Below, in pieces: positions 28,327 through 39,385 of a DNA stretch of 64,000 nt. The first letter of the stretch is position 1. Every line of letters begins with the position of its first letter. This stretch comes from Nitrosopumilus sp. (GTDB taxonomy: Archaea; Thermoproteota; Nitrososphaeria; Nitrososphaerales; Nitrosopumilaceae): assembly GCA_965203315.1 (NCBI GenBank), contig OZ241857.1, forward strand, positions 1,408,001-1,472,000, given 5' to 3'. The notes beneath the pieces are model-generated. The model was not told the origin of the DNA. It saw only the letters and a list, made by a program, of their open reading frames with translations, and ran no database searches. The translations under genes were made by a program, and so were the position numbers.

Positions 28327-29491
28327 TCACAAACTCTTCGATCTTGTTCATAGCAGACTCTAATGTATTAATATCTGGCAGATACACGATCCTAAAGTGA
28401 TCACGTCCATACTGCTCACCAAAACCTGAGCCGTGTACTGTCAGCACGCCCTTGGATTCCAGTAGGCCCATCACAAACTCTTTGTCAGACTTTATGTCTA
28501 ATGATATCTTTGGGAATGCATAAAATGCGCCATCGGGTACTGGACACGAGATGCCTGGCATGTCGTTGAGTCGGCGTACCGTATAGTCTCGGCGTATCTT
28601 TAGTTGTGATACAAAGTCGGCGATATATTCTTGCGGACCTGATAGTGATTCTAGTGCCGCATACTGTAATGGTAGATTTGTTGTAATGCGTACGCGAGCA
28701 AGTTTTGGAAGAGCCTCTCGCAGTGGTTCTAGTCTTTTAGAGTTGTTAAATGCGATATAGCCTATTCGCCAACCAGTCATTAGATGAACCTTTGAGAAAC
28801 CGTTCAATAGTATTACTGGCGAGTCTGCAGCTACACTACCAATTCCTACAAACTTGCGATCAAATACTATCTGATCATATATCTCATCACATATGATGTA
28901 CAAGTTGTGTTCGTTTGCAATATCTACTAGTTGTTTTAGGGATGTATGATCAAATACAATACCAGTTGGATTGTTTGGACTGATGAGACAGATTGCTACT
29001 GTACGTGATGTGATCTTTGATCGAATGTCATCGATATCTGGTTTTGACTGTTCCAAGTCTACTGCAAACTCGACTGGTCTTCCACCGTGTAATCGGACAT
29101 ATGAGGCATATGGTGGATAGTATGGTCCTGGAAGTAAGATCTCGTCACCCTCTTCGACTATTGACGACATCACCATGTCGAGCCCCTCTGAGACACCATT
29201 TGTAATTAGAATATCTGTTGCAGATACATCGAGTCCTTTGGCATGTTCCTTTACTGCAATAGCTTGACGTAGTTCGTGTATTCCTTCAGATGAAGAGTAG
29301 TGATTGTCGCCACGCCTTATTGCAGCGATATATGCATCTTTTACATTATCTGGAGGTTGAAAACCAAACTGTACTGGATCGCCGATATTTAGATAACTGA
29401 TCTCGATTCCGCGTTCTTGAACCTTTCTAGCTGCAAGTACAATATCTCGTATGGCATACTCTACCCCTGCAACCTTTTTTGATACTTTCAA
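28301..29491 (-). CDS. Class I/II PLP aminotransferase (alanine aminotransferase-like)
   Basis: EYAIRD, LNIGDP, ISPNNPTG, DEIYD, NGFSKVHLMTGWRIGY. Confidence 0.92.
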   Translation of the reverse strand: MKVSKKVAGVEYAIRDIVLAARKVQERGIEISYLNIGDPVQFGFQPPDNVKDAYIAAIRRGDNHYSSSEGIHELRQAIAVKEHAKGLDVSATDILITNGVSEGLDMVMSSIVEEGDEILLPGPYYPPYASYVRLHGGRPVEFAVDLEQSKPDIDDIRSKITSRTVAICLISPNNPTGIVFDHTSLKQLVDIANEHNLYIICDEIYDQIVFDRKFVGIGSVAADSPVILLNGFSKVHLMTGWRIGYIAFNNSKRLEPLREALPKLARVRITTNLPLQYAALESLSGPQEYIADFVSQLKIRRDYTVRRLNDMPGISCPVPDGAFYAFPKISLDIKSDKEFVMGLLESKGVLTVHGSGFGEQYGRDHFRIVYLPDINTLESAMNKIEEFVTSTSRQRV

Positions 29492-29535
29492 AGTATTTAG
29501 ACAAATATTTACACATGTTAAAGCTTTACCTTTTT

Positions 29536-29610
29536 GGACTCGTAGCACAGTCAGGATAGTGCGGGCGGCTTCGGACCGCCAGGTCGAGGGATCGAAGCCC
29601 TCCGAGCCCT
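29536..29610 (+). tRNA. tRNA-Arg(TCG) with deviant T-loop
   Basis: ggcgg-cttcgga-ccgcc anticodon arm, gcac/gtgc D-stem, T-arm gaggg-atcgaag-ccctc, A3:C70 mismatch. Confidence 0.85.
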
Positions 29611-29647
29611 TTAACGATTATTAGATGTTGTATTACATGTTGATATC

Positions 29648-30133
29648 ATGAGGATCTCGTTGTTTAAGATTGGATTGACACTAGTTGTTGCTGGTGGTAT
29701 ATGGATGATGATAATATTTGATGATAATGTCAAGATATCTGATGATATAATATTGAAGAAAGCCGGCTCTGCCACACTCGGCATCGAGTTTGTCGGTAGT
29801 GATATTGCATATTATACAGTATATGTCAAAGAGTATAGTGGACAAGAGATCTTTATACAAGTCTTGGATGATCGTGGAAATGTTATGGATGAAGAGCTAG
29901 TCAATACTAGAATGTCGATAGGATACTTTGATTATACGGACGGTTTATACTCGATTCAGGTAACCAACATATCTGATATACCTGCCCATCTTGCAGTGGA
30001 TTTGGGAGACACAAACTCTCACGCAATGGCTCCTGCTGGTTTACTAGTACTAGTTGGGAGTATTACAATAATGATGATGTCTTTCTTTAAGATCAAAAAC
30101 TATAGTATTGCACAACCAGATGAGAATATCTGA
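29648..30133 (+). CDS. Hypothetical membrane protein (TM - beta domain - TM)
   Basis: Hydrophobic termini; host-like composition. Confidence 0.7.
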   Translation: MRISLFKIGLTLVVAGGIWMMIIFDDNVKISDDIILKKAGSATLGIEFVGSDIAYYTVYVKEYSGQEIFIQVLDDRGNVMDEELVNTRMSIGYFDYTDGLYSIQVTNISDIPAHLAVDLGDTNSHAMAPAGLLVLVGSITIMMMSFFKIKNYSIAQPDENI

Positions 30134-30690
30134 TATACCGGAATACACTGTATGACATAACCAAACACCAGTACTAGATTGAATGCAAGCCATGTCGTAA
30201 AGAAGAGAAACGAGACTGTTGCAAACGGCAATAGGTGATTATCAGAGTTGTGTCCTTTTATGATTAGGATCGCTCCAAGGGTTGCCAAGACCAGACCTGC
30301 TTCTAGAGGTTGATGTGACCACGAGATCAAGCCATCTATACCAAAGAGTTCATGTGATATCGAATCTCCAAATCCCGCTACTAGTTGTACAATTGAACCT
30401 ATCACCACTAGTTTGATTCCTAGTTTTAGTATGCGATGTAATGTATGCGATCTATGTCGATATAGCACCAAACTACCCAACACTGCTGCACATGTAGTTA
30501 TCGAGACGCCTGTATACACTATGATATGTGGTGTACTCCAAAAGAACTCTGGTTCTTGTTGAAGATGTGATATTGCATCCCATATTCCGGCCGAGACTAC
30601 TATTACCGGACCAATTACTGCTAATACTGATGTTAGAGTGAGTAGGTGATCTGATCTAATCCGTGCAGCAAGTATCTCTTGTATCTTCAT
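30100..30690 (-). CDS. Hypothetical multi-pass membrane protein
   Basis: Repeated WDAISH / GDSISH...WSH motifs in a 5-TM protein. Confidence 0.7.
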   Translation of the reverse strand: MKIQEILAARIRSDHLLTLTSVLAVIGPVIVVSAGIWDAISHLQQEPEFFWSTPHIIVYTGVSITTCAAVLGSLVLYRHRSHTLHRILKLGIKLVVIGSIVQLVAGFGDSISHELFGIDGLISWSHQPLEAGLVLATLGAILIIKGHNSDNHLLPFATVSFLFFTTWLAFNLVLVFGYVIQCIPVYQIFSSGCAIL

Positions 30691-30801
30691 ACGCTCTCTG
30701 ATATTTGGTAATATGTATAGTATGGATTTGATAGATCAACTGTATGGTTTTTCCACAATAATTTAACTAACTATATTAGAGATGATACATCACATAATGT
30801 A

Positions 30802-31041
30802 TTGAGTCCTGGAATTGGATTAATGAAGAGGAGACTAGAGACAGAGAGATCGGCTATATCTCTAGCAGTCTCTGAAATCAGCAAAGAGTATAGTGTCAAA
30901 CCAGACTGCATAAAGACCCTCGAGACCAAATACGATGACGATGCTGGAGACTGGTATGTTGCTTTAGGATGGGATGAAAAGAGAGCGATCATAAAGATGG
31001 ACTCGGTGCACGGAACCATCACCGAGATCAAAGAGATCTAG
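30802..31041 (+). CDS. Small hypothetical protein
   Basis: 79 aa ORF, host-like codon usage, PepSY-like tail IKMDSVHGTITEI. Confidence 0.7.
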   Translation: MSPGIGLMKRRLETERSAISLAVSEISKEYSVKPDCIKTLETKYDDDAGDWYVALGWDEKRAIIKMDSVHGTITEIKEI

Positions 31042-32860
31042 TAATCGTGAGAAAGATGGTCATGTTGTATCCTCGTGTACGGTTAAAACACATCAGCAAT
31101 TCCATTAACTTTATGATTAGAACCTCTAAAGAGATCTATTGAATCAGATTTCAAGTGTCAGAAATTACGATCTCAGATTGGGTCACATCTTTTAACGTGA
31201 GTGTGGTCTACACATTTCCCGTAGATACAACATAATACAATTTAATAATATCAATTTATTATAGTAATCTAGTATAAAATCTTGATCTCTTGTAAATCAA
31301 GGTCGTGAATTTTCACCATTCCAAACAATGTAATAATTGTGTCATGTATGATAAACGATCGTGAATTTTCACCATATCCATTATAATCAAAATCTCGCCA
31401 CTCAACTCCTAGATCTTTATGTGTTATGAAACCCAGTTCTTCAATTATATAATTTGTAATATTGTATATTTTAAATCCATCTCTTAAATCTTGCTCTACA
31501 TAATTTCGTATTGAATATGGGATAATGATTACACCATACATATCATCAAGGTAAAATGATTTGTAATCATTTTGTATTTTTAATGGTATGCTGTATCCTT
31601 CACCAACTAATACAGAACTTGATATGATTGGATTTTTTGGATTTGACATATTTATGATATTTATATCTCTATTTACATGAATACATATAGATTGCACAGT
31701 ATCGCATTTGTATATATAACCAGTTACAGACCCAAATGGATTTCTTTCTAATTCTACTAATGACATATTGGTTAGATTAACAACAAGCGAGTTATAATTC
31801 AATAAATATAGTGTACTTTTATAAAAGTGAGGTGTGTATCTTGCAGGTATATTATTATCCATTTTATCTATTATGTTTAAATATTCATCGAGAACATAAA
31901 CATTAGTTATATCGATATGGTATTTCCTATAAAGATCCACGAAGAAATCATATTTTGTAATCTCTGTCATTTCTGTGGTTGTTGTAGTAACAATTCTCAA
32001 TTTATCATTATATTCATTTATTGCATTTTGATTTATCAGTGAGCCACCACTAGATAATTTATTGGTTGCTATGTATGTAATGTCAGTGCCCTCAATACCA
32101 AGTTTATGTATTGTTATGGGTTGATCGTTTGTTACTGGTTTTTGAAACTCTTCCAATAAAATATCTCTTGCATGGTTTATGATCGTCTCTTTTTCTCGGT
32201 CATTTAACGAATTGTAAAAACCTGATAGTACGTGATTTATTTGTTCAAGTTTTAAACCATTACTGGTATTAGAATTTAAAATTTTGTCTATGTTATTTTG
32301 TGTTTCATTTGGAAACAATTTTGTAATGTTGACAAAAAATACGTTTTTAAAAATATCATTATAGGTAAGAGCTACAAAGTTTTTATTTTCAGCATAATAT
32401 CGTTCGTTTAATCTAGTACTTGCTGAACGATCATTTTTAAACTTGAATGACTTTTGATCTATCAAGTATATATGATTTGGCGTGATGTATGATACAGTAT
32501 CTCTACCCACAATAAATGATTCATGGTTTGTTTTATTACTGAGCATATCAATTAATGTTATACCCATGAATTTTACATCTCTATTGATATTCAATACGTA
32601 ATGCCATTTATGAGGCAGATCTGTACCATTATACTCATAGCTGAGATGTGGGAGCTTTTTATTATTGCCGTCTAAAGTGGTTGACGTTATAATGTAGAGT
32701 GTATCATTAATTAATATTGAGTCAGTAAGAATACCGTCTATATACAAGTCTTTTTGATCTAGTATATTTCCATTATATACCTCTAATGTTATAACATGTG
32801 TGATATCTTGCTTTGTTTCATCACGAAAGTTGTACAGGATTACAAGCGTATTATCATATA

Positions 32861-34393
32861 TAGTCACGAACATAATTATTTTCCGGTTCGTTGTTAAGCA
32901 ATCGTGTTGCCTTTTGTTAATCGTGTAGCTCAAATCACAACGATTATCATAAAATACGAAAAAAGTCAGATAAATTTTGATTTGTTGTAAAGATATTCAC
33001 GCCAATACACAAAACAATCAAAATTTTATGGTCGTCTGCATGATTTATTCTTGCACGACACAATGATTTTTGTAATTTCAAGCTATATTTTTGGCGTAAT
33101 TATCTTTCTCTTAAGACAACCCATGACATTTGCGTTGCATTTCATGATTTTCATAGTTTCATCTGCATGTTTCTCTAGAGATCGTAGTGTTTTAAAGACT
33201 TTGTTGACTGGAGTATATTGTCTAAACTGTTTCCAGAGTGCTTCTGATGCATTGAGTTCAGGAACAGCAGCTGGTAATTGCACTAACTTTATGTTATTTT
33301 CTTTTGCAAATCGTCTACTTATTTGACTAGTGTGACAGGATGCACCGTCAAGGATGAGTATTATTGGTTCTATCATGGGACGCATCTTTCGTATGATCTT
33401 CATAAATGCTATAAAGTCTTTAGAATTTGCTGAATGACGTATTGTATGACATATTTTTCCGTTAGTGCTGATTCCTCCAAATATTGTTATTCTCTCAGCT
33501 TTTCCTGCTACTGCTAGCATGCGTATCTTTTCACCTATCCTTGACCAACTTTTTACACGACGTTTTGTGTGGGTGTTGATGTGCATCTCATCTACTGCCA
33601 TCACTAGAAATCCCATGTTGTTTAGACGTGAAATCCAAGATATGTTGGCTCTTTGGAATTTTTTTATCATTTCATCACTGGCTCGATTAGTGAAATGTAC
33701 TTGGACATAGCTCTTTGCAGAGCGTCTTAGCTCTCTCATTCTGCGTCGTATTGTGCTGGGATGATATCGTACTTTTGTTATATTGAAAACCAACTCTAAA
33801 ATTCTTTGTACTGTTGTGGTGCTGTCGAGTCCCAGTATGTACTCAAACATTCGGTTAGATACTTTTGGTTTCCTTCCTCGACCTGACTTGTCTTTGAGTC
33901 CCTCAATTCCTTCTTTCTGATACCGTGTAATCCAATTAAATACGGTGCGAGGTGTAATTCCTGCCATCTCTGCAGCTTTTACTTGTGTGTAACTAAAATT
34001 TAGTACCATTAGTACAACAATAATTCTTTTTTGTACGTTATGGTTTGGCATGTTTTTGATGTAGTTAACCATATCCTCACATACTTGATTCATTACATAT
34101 CATAAAAGATAGTAACAAATAAACATGTATAGTCAACTAAACATGATCAATTAGTTAATTATTATTGTTCAATACCAACATTAACAAAAATTTAAATTTT
34201 TTGTGCGCCATTGGACATTTTAAATTTTGGTCACTAATCATCTTTGTTTATTTCCAACCATGAACTAATAATCAGTGATTTTTTGTTGTTATTGCCTCGT
34301 ATGTTTTATGATCAATGTGATTTCAACGAGTATGTTGAAAGAAATCACATCATTTGGCAAAAACGAACCGGAAAATAATTATGTTCGTGACTA
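32861..34393. mobile_element. IS630-family insertion sequence
   Basis: Perfect 32 bp TIR tagtcacgaacataattattttccggttcgtt; TA target duplication. Confidence 0.95.
33083..34093 (-). CDS. IS630-family transposase
   Basis: N-terminal HTH (TVFNWITRY..EGIEGL..GRKPK), DDE residues in VDEMH, LDGASCH, PELNASE. Confidence 0.93.
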   Translation of the reverse strand: MNQVCEDMVNYIKNMPNHNVQKRIIVVLMVLNFSYTQVKAAEMAGITPRTVFNWITRYQKEGIEGLKDKSGRGRKPKVSNRMFEYILGLDSTTTVQRILELVFNITKVRYHPSTIRRRMRELRRSAKSYVQVHFTNRASDEMIKKFQRANISWISRLNNMGFLVMAVDEMHINTHTKRRVKSWSRIGEKIRMLAVAGKAERITIFGGISTNGKICHTIRHSANSKDFIAFMKIIRKMRPMIEPIILILDGASCHTSQISRRFAKENNIKLVQLPAAVPELNASEALWKQFRQYTPVNKVFKTLRSLEKHADETMKIMKCNANVMGCLKRKIITPKI

Positions 34394-35228
34394 TAGATAC
34401 ATCTCTTGTATAGAATTTGCATCCATTTTATCACTGATATTTGAAAATAATGTTTGAGATATTATGTGAGTTTGATTGGGAGGATTGATATCAAATATAG
34501 TCAAATTACCATTAGAAGCAACATACATATGCGCATTGTCGTGTTTAATATAATCTGATTTGTCTATTATATAATCAGGATGGTTCAAGAAATAATGATC
34601 AGAATTATATCTAATATTGGTATAATGAGGCGGTTCAGAATGAAGTACCAATTGTTGTGTTTCAAAATTTAATGGTAATTTATCAATAGAACCAAAAAAT
34701 TCATTTATGAAATGTGACTCAAACAACATATCATTTATGTTTTGTATTTTGGGGTGTTCTTTTAATAGTTTATCAAGACCTGAATCATCTATTATAAAAG
34801 GTAGTGATTTAGCGTCTCTTTCAATAAATAGTTTTGTTATATGATCTTGTATGTTTTGATAAAAACCGTCATCAAATTCATATTCTGCGCTAGTGTTGAC
34901 TGCTTGACCAATTAATTCACTAGAATTTATTGTAATGTCTAAATACAATACAACTGTATATACTGATATAATTGATATAATACCTAATATTATAACATAA
35001 TATGTATTCATATATTATGTGCAACAATACATCATTTATAAAGATATTATATATTGTCATAAGATGTTATGTACAATCCATATGGGCTCATACATAACAA
35101 AAAATCAAAAACTACAAGTGTTATTACTAATGGTTAAGGATAGTATTATTTTTAATCGATATTTGGAGAAATTTAAATTTGTGCGCAATGCTTGTTGACA
35201 GAATTCTAACTGTACAGTTTGTCACACA

Positions 35229-35777
35229 TCATACAAAAGATCTCCAGATAATCTTCTCGCCTGGCTTTAGTAGTGATTTGGCTCTCTTTGGTAGAGCAGG
35301 GTTTTTGAATGATCCTTTGCTACGAGATCTGGATACTATAACATTGGTATCAAAGTTACAAGTAAGTGTATTTGGATTGATGGTAGGCACCTTTACGATC
35401 TTGGCAGCTTGGAGCAGACCATGATCGCTTGTGACCAGAATGGTCTTGAGACGTAATGCATATGCAAGAATCTCACTATCCCCAGGATGGAGAGTTGGAC
35501 ATCTCTTCAAGAGGTCTTTGGCCATACATCTCAACTCGTTTGTAATCCTACCGTACACAACTTTGGTTTGAAGACTCGACTCGATCTGTCTCACTATGTT
35601 GTCAAAGTTGTATCCATTTTTAGTAGCCTCGATCTGAGTTCTAGAAGTTAGATGAATGACAGAGTTTTGAAACTCGATTCTGCACTTGAGAAGATTCTCG
35701 AGGTTCTTGATCTCACGCATACTTATCCCTACACACGTATCAAAGGTAAATCCATTACCTGATCGATTCGCTTTCAT
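35229..35777 (-). CDS. PIN-domain protein
   Basis: FTFDTCVGI, LHPGDSEILAYA, LVTSDHGL. Confidence 0.78.
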   Translation of the reverse strand: MKANRSGNGFTFDTCVGISMREIKNLENLLKCRIEFQNSVIHLTSRTQIEATKNGYNFDNIVRQIESSLQTKVVYGRITNELRCMAKDLLKRCPTLHPGDSEILAYALRLKTILVTSDHGLLQAAKIVKVPTINPNTLTCNFDTNVIVSRSRSKGSFKNPALPKRAKSLLKPGEKIIWRSFV

Positions 35778-35868
35778 ACCAACTATACATAATATCATCT
35801 AATAAGAAATTCGTATCTTTGATCCATGACACCGTAGATACAGTAGATATGGATACAAAAAAAGAGCC

Positions 35869-36429
35869 TCAAGCAACGCTTGAGGTGGAGGAGATGGATT
35901 TTGTTCTTGTATTTAATACATCTTGAACATGAGCGTTGATGTTAGACTGCTCGCCTCTTACGATACATGCATACCTAGATACTGGGTTTGGCACGTTGGT
36001 ATCGGATGCAAGTATGTCTGGATTGACAACGTTGACATCTGCAAGATTAGCTGCTTCAGCTAGGCCCCTGTCACAAGTAACCAGAGTTGTTTGATTGAGT
36101 TTTGAATCTGCAAGGATTAGACTATCTGCATCATGAAGCATTGGGCATGTTACTTGGAGGGATTTTGCAATGTTTCTAATCTCTTCAGTAGCTGTAGTGT
36201 ATACTATATCTACTCCTAGACATCTGTGGATATGTGTAGAGACACTGGCAAAGTCATATCCTTTGTTGGTTAGCTCTAATGCGGTCTGGGAGGTTAGGCG
36301 AACTATGGAATCTTCACAATCGAGCCTACATGAAAGGAGGCTTACAAAGTTGGGATTATCGACCATCTTGATGCCGATACACGTATCGAAGGTGTATCTA
36401 TTTTCGACTTGTTCGTACTTTTGACTCAT
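35869..36429 (-). CDS. PIN-domain protein (paralogue of 35229-35777)
   Basis: YTFDTCIGI, LHDADSLILA, LVTCDRGL. Confidence 0.78.
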   Translation of the reverse strand: MSQKYEQVENRYTFDTCIGIKMVDNPNFVSLLSCRLDCEDSIVRLTSQTALELTNKGYDFASVSTHIHRCLGVDIVYTTATEEIRNIAKSLQVTCPMLHDADSLILADSKLNQTTLVTCDRGLAEAANLADVNVVNPDILASDTNVPNPVSRYACIVRGEQSNINAHVQDVLNTRTKSISSTSSVA

Positions 36430-36614
36430 ACATTATCTATATCCTAGTTATTAATAAGAGTATCTTTTTTTATATAAAAAGAGCTTTTTTAGTATATAAG
36501 TGACATATAACATCCACTGAGAGATATCTGAAGTCTAAATCATAATCAAAAAGACTTTTTTCATAAAAAACAGGCTTTCATAGGGTTTTTAACTACTAAT
36601 TATCAATAAAATGC

Positions 36615-37883
36615 ATGGTAGAAGAGATCCAAGTCATGCCCATGCAGCAGAGGCAAATAAGAGAACTTGTAAAAGACTCGGAAAAATTCTTGACGCCAAA
36701 CGACTTTCTAAAATCAGCGATCGAGATCCTATTGGCATGGGAGAGTGAGCATCCCGAAGACTGTATCGAGTTGATAAAAAATCTTCGACCACTGTCAGAG
36801 AAACAAGAACAGATCAACATAAACACAAAGAGAACTGAAGAGTCTGTTGATCCAAGTATCTATGAGAATGTGAATCAACAATCTATCGGTTCAACTGAAC
36901 CGCGAGATGTCCATATCCAAGAGAGTGAACGCAGACTATTAGACTATGATCACAAAGTCGTAGAAAACTTTGGAGATACTATAAAGTATATCGAGTCGCT
37001 AGAGATAACAAAACCACAAAATCTAATTCCATACGACGAATATCCAATACTATCACTAAGTTATCGAAGATTTCTGCCAACAAAACTTACAATGTACATG
37101 CTCGCGTATCTACTTGCAAGTAAGAGAACCACAAAAGTCGAACTGAAAGAGATTCGTGTTTACGCGTATAATATGTTAGAAGAGTATGGAGAGATGATCA
37201 GAAGATATGAAAAAGAGCATGATATCCCAAGAAATAACAAGTTATCTACTAGTCTCCCAAGAAAGACGGACTCTGACGACGAACGAGATTTAGAGACAAA
37301 GATTCGAATAAAAGATATTGAGATAGGAAAGACACGTAATAGCAGAATCCTAGATGGAAGATATTTTGATGGAGCATTATCTGCAATGGGATTGGTATAT
37401 GCATTTGAAGAGTTTGATAAAGAGTTTATATCATTAACTGAGTTTGGAAAGAGATTCATCCTTATCGATAATCCAATATTTCCTAAACACGACTTTACAC
37501 GCGGTGCATTATCAACACAAGAGGCAGAGTTTATTCTAAAGGAGATTATTCCACAACGAGAGTTAGAATACAGTATAGTTCAAAAGATAATAAAGACTGT
37601 ACGAGAGTTTGATCCCGAGAGATCAAATCCCAAAGTAGATTTGGAGACATTAGAATCAGAGATTCACTCCACAATTAAAGAGTACATAGCTAAGGATAAA
37701 TCAGCTGCTGAAAAGTACAACATTGCACATCTGGATATAGATGATGACAAAACAAAGAGAAGGATCGAACATATCCGACTAGTTACTATGGGTAGGCTGT
37801 CAGAGTTGGGAATAATACGATGGGAGATCACTCCCGATAGTGTATCAAAGTACTCTCTAGTAGACCAACATAATACATTCTAA
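36615..37883 (+). CDS. Hypothetical protein, possible N-terminal ribbon-helix-helix-like segment
   Basis: 422 aa ORF; QIRELVKDSEKFLTPNDFLKSAIEILL resembles RHH helices; no catalytic motif recognised. Confidence 0.7.
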   Translation: MVEEIQVMPMQQRQIRELVKDSEKFLTPNDFLKSAIEILLAWESEHPEDCIELIKNLRPLSEKQEQININTKRTEESVDPSIYENVNQQSIGSTEPRDVHIQESERRLLDYDHKVVENFGDTIKYIESLEITKPQNLIPYDEYPILSLSYRRFLPTKLTMYMLAYLLASKRTTKVELKEIRVYAYNMLEEYGEMIRRYEKEHDIPRNNKLSTSLPRKTDSDDERDLETKIRIKDIEIGKTRNSRILDGRYFDGALSAMGLVYAFEEFDKEFISLTEFGKRFILIDNPIFPKHDFTRGALSTQEAEFILKEIIPQRELEYSIVQKIIKTVREFDPERSNPKVDLETLESEIHSTIKEYIAKDKSAAEKYNIAHLDIDDDKTKRRIEHIRLVTMGRLSELGIIRWEITPDSVSKYSLVDQHNTF

Positions 37884-37916
37884 AGAGATTTAATACTTTT
37901 AAAAATATGATCATAC

Positions 37917-38564
37917 ATGACCAAAGCTCTGGTTCTAGGAGGTTCACGAGGAATAGGCTCTGCAATCGCGAGGGCACTAGAGTCTATAGAGATAGATGTA
38001 TTCGCTGCATCAAGTAATGATATCGATACCTCAGATCTGGATAGTGTGGATCAATTTGTTAAAGATCATGATACAACAGACATTCTGGTTCTAAATACTG
38101 GAGGTCCGCCTCCAAAACACTTTGAGATGATAACTAGGGATGACTGGCTGAAATATCACAATCAGCTGTTTTTGGGATTCTGTACTATACTTCAAAAGAT
38201 GACAATAAACGATGGTGGCTACATCTTTGTGATAACATCTAATATCATCAAGGAACCCAATCCAAAACTAGTGCTCTCCTCAGCATATCGTGCTGCATTT
38301 ACAGCTGTATTCAAGACTCAGAGTATAGAGTATGCAAAGCGAGATATATCTTGTATAAACATCGCGCCAGGTCCTATTCATACTGACCGAACAGGAGAGC
38401 TGATAAACGACATTGAACAGTTTAAAGAGACACTACCTATGAAACGGTTAGGTAAACCAGACGAGATTGGCAACTTTGTAAAGAGTATAATACAAAATAG
38501 GATAAAGTATCTGTCAGGAGTTGTAATCAACTTTGACGGTGCAGACTCGAGTTTTATCTTTTAG
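37917..38564 (+). CDS. Short-chain dehydrogenase/reductase
   Basis: LVLGGSRGIG, LNTGGPP, SSAYR, NIAPGPIHT, PMKRLGKPDE. Confidence 0.92.
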   Translation: MTKALVLGGSRGIGSAIARALESIEIDVFAASSNDIDTSDLDSVDQFVKDHDTTDILVLNTGGPPPKHFEMITRDDWLKYHNQLFLGFCTILQKMTINDGGYIFVITSNIIKEPNPKLVLSSAYRAAFTAVFKTQSIEYAKRDISCINIAPGPIHTDRTGELINDIEQFKETLPMKRLGKPDEIGNFVKSIIQNRIKYLSGVVINFDGADSSFIF

Positions 38565-39203
38565 CTATTTTCTAAACTCTACATTTGGAACGTCCGGCTG
38601 ACCAGCAATCACTACAAGACCACCATCTCGTAGCTGTTGTAATAGTTGCATGACTTCCTTCTCTACTTGACCTCGCTGCAGACCTGTCTGTTGTGCAAAT
38701 ATCTCTACCAGATCGGTAACCTTTCTCTGGCCATTACAAGATTTCCAAAAATCAACGATTGCTTGATTTACCATAAATCCTTGCTCGTGTTCATTTGCAA
38801 GTATCATTGAACCATCCTCTTGTTTTATGATCTGGCCTACACCTTGCGGCAGTGCTGTCTCGTAGTTTATCGGAGCGGGAGTATTCATTGGAGATCCCAT
38901 GCTCTTCAACTTTAGTTTTGCATCTTCAGACATCTTGTCCATCGACCAAGGTGGATCCCAGACAATATCGATCTTTACATTATTTACGCCTGGCACCTTT
39001 TTGACATATCGTGTAGCATCCGATACCAGAGTATCATGTAGTGGACAACCTTGAGTGGTCATAGTCATCTGTATATTGACGTCATTGTTATCTGCCACGT
39101 TGATCCCATATACAAGACCCATCTCGATTATGTTGAGTGGAACTTCGGGATCCATACACTGTTTTAGTGATTCCTTTATAGCTTGTTCAGTTATTGTACC
39201 CAT
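38565..39203 (-). CDS. DUF59/SufT-like Fe-S assembly protein fused to PqqD-like domain
   Basis: DPEVPLNIIEMGLVY, MTMTTQGCP, VWDPPWS; C-terminal FWKSCNGQRKVTDLV. Confidence 0.85.
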   Translation of the reverse strand: MGTITEQAIKESLKQCMDPEVPLNIIEMGLVYGINVADNNDVNIQMTMTTQGCPLHDTLVSDATRYVKKVPGVNNVKIDIVWDPPWSMDKMSEDAKLKLKSMGSPMNTPAPINYETALPQGVGQIIKQEDGSMILANEHEQGFMVNQAIVDFWKSCNGQRKVTDLVEIFAQQTGLQRGQVEKEVMQLLQQLRDGGLVVIAGQPDVPNVEFRK

Positions 39204-39289
39204 ATTTCTACAAGAAGATTAAAAACAATAAAAACTTTTTAAAATCAGACTGTTCATAGATATGTCTACAAAGTGAGCATCGTATCGAC

Positions 39290-39385
39290 ATTAAAAGTTA
39301 GTTTAGACTAATTTTATCGACATCCTTTTTGGTGTGGAGGATTATGGCATTATTCAATTATTAAAAGTTAGTTTAGACTAATTTT
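39290..39385. promoter_or_regulatory. Two identical 26 bp boxes with imperfect palindrome (candidate metal-repressor operators)
   Basis: attaaaagttagtttagactaatttt at 39290-39315 and 39360-39385; core TTAGTTTAGACTAA. Confidence 0.5.

Larger units (their letters stand above)
31269..35011 (-). pseudogene. Membrane-anchored beta-propeller (COG4880-like) protein interrupted by IS630
   Basis: 34394-35011 (TM, IDKSDYIKHD) joins in frame to 31269-32858 (LINQNAINEYNDKLRIVT) after removing the IS and one TA: ...QEMYL|YDNTLV..., about 735 aa. Confidence 0.85.

Noticed and set aside
39290-39385. Mini-CRISPR interpretation of the two 26 bp repeats
   Set aside because: Only two units, no cas genes or leader; dyad fits an operator better
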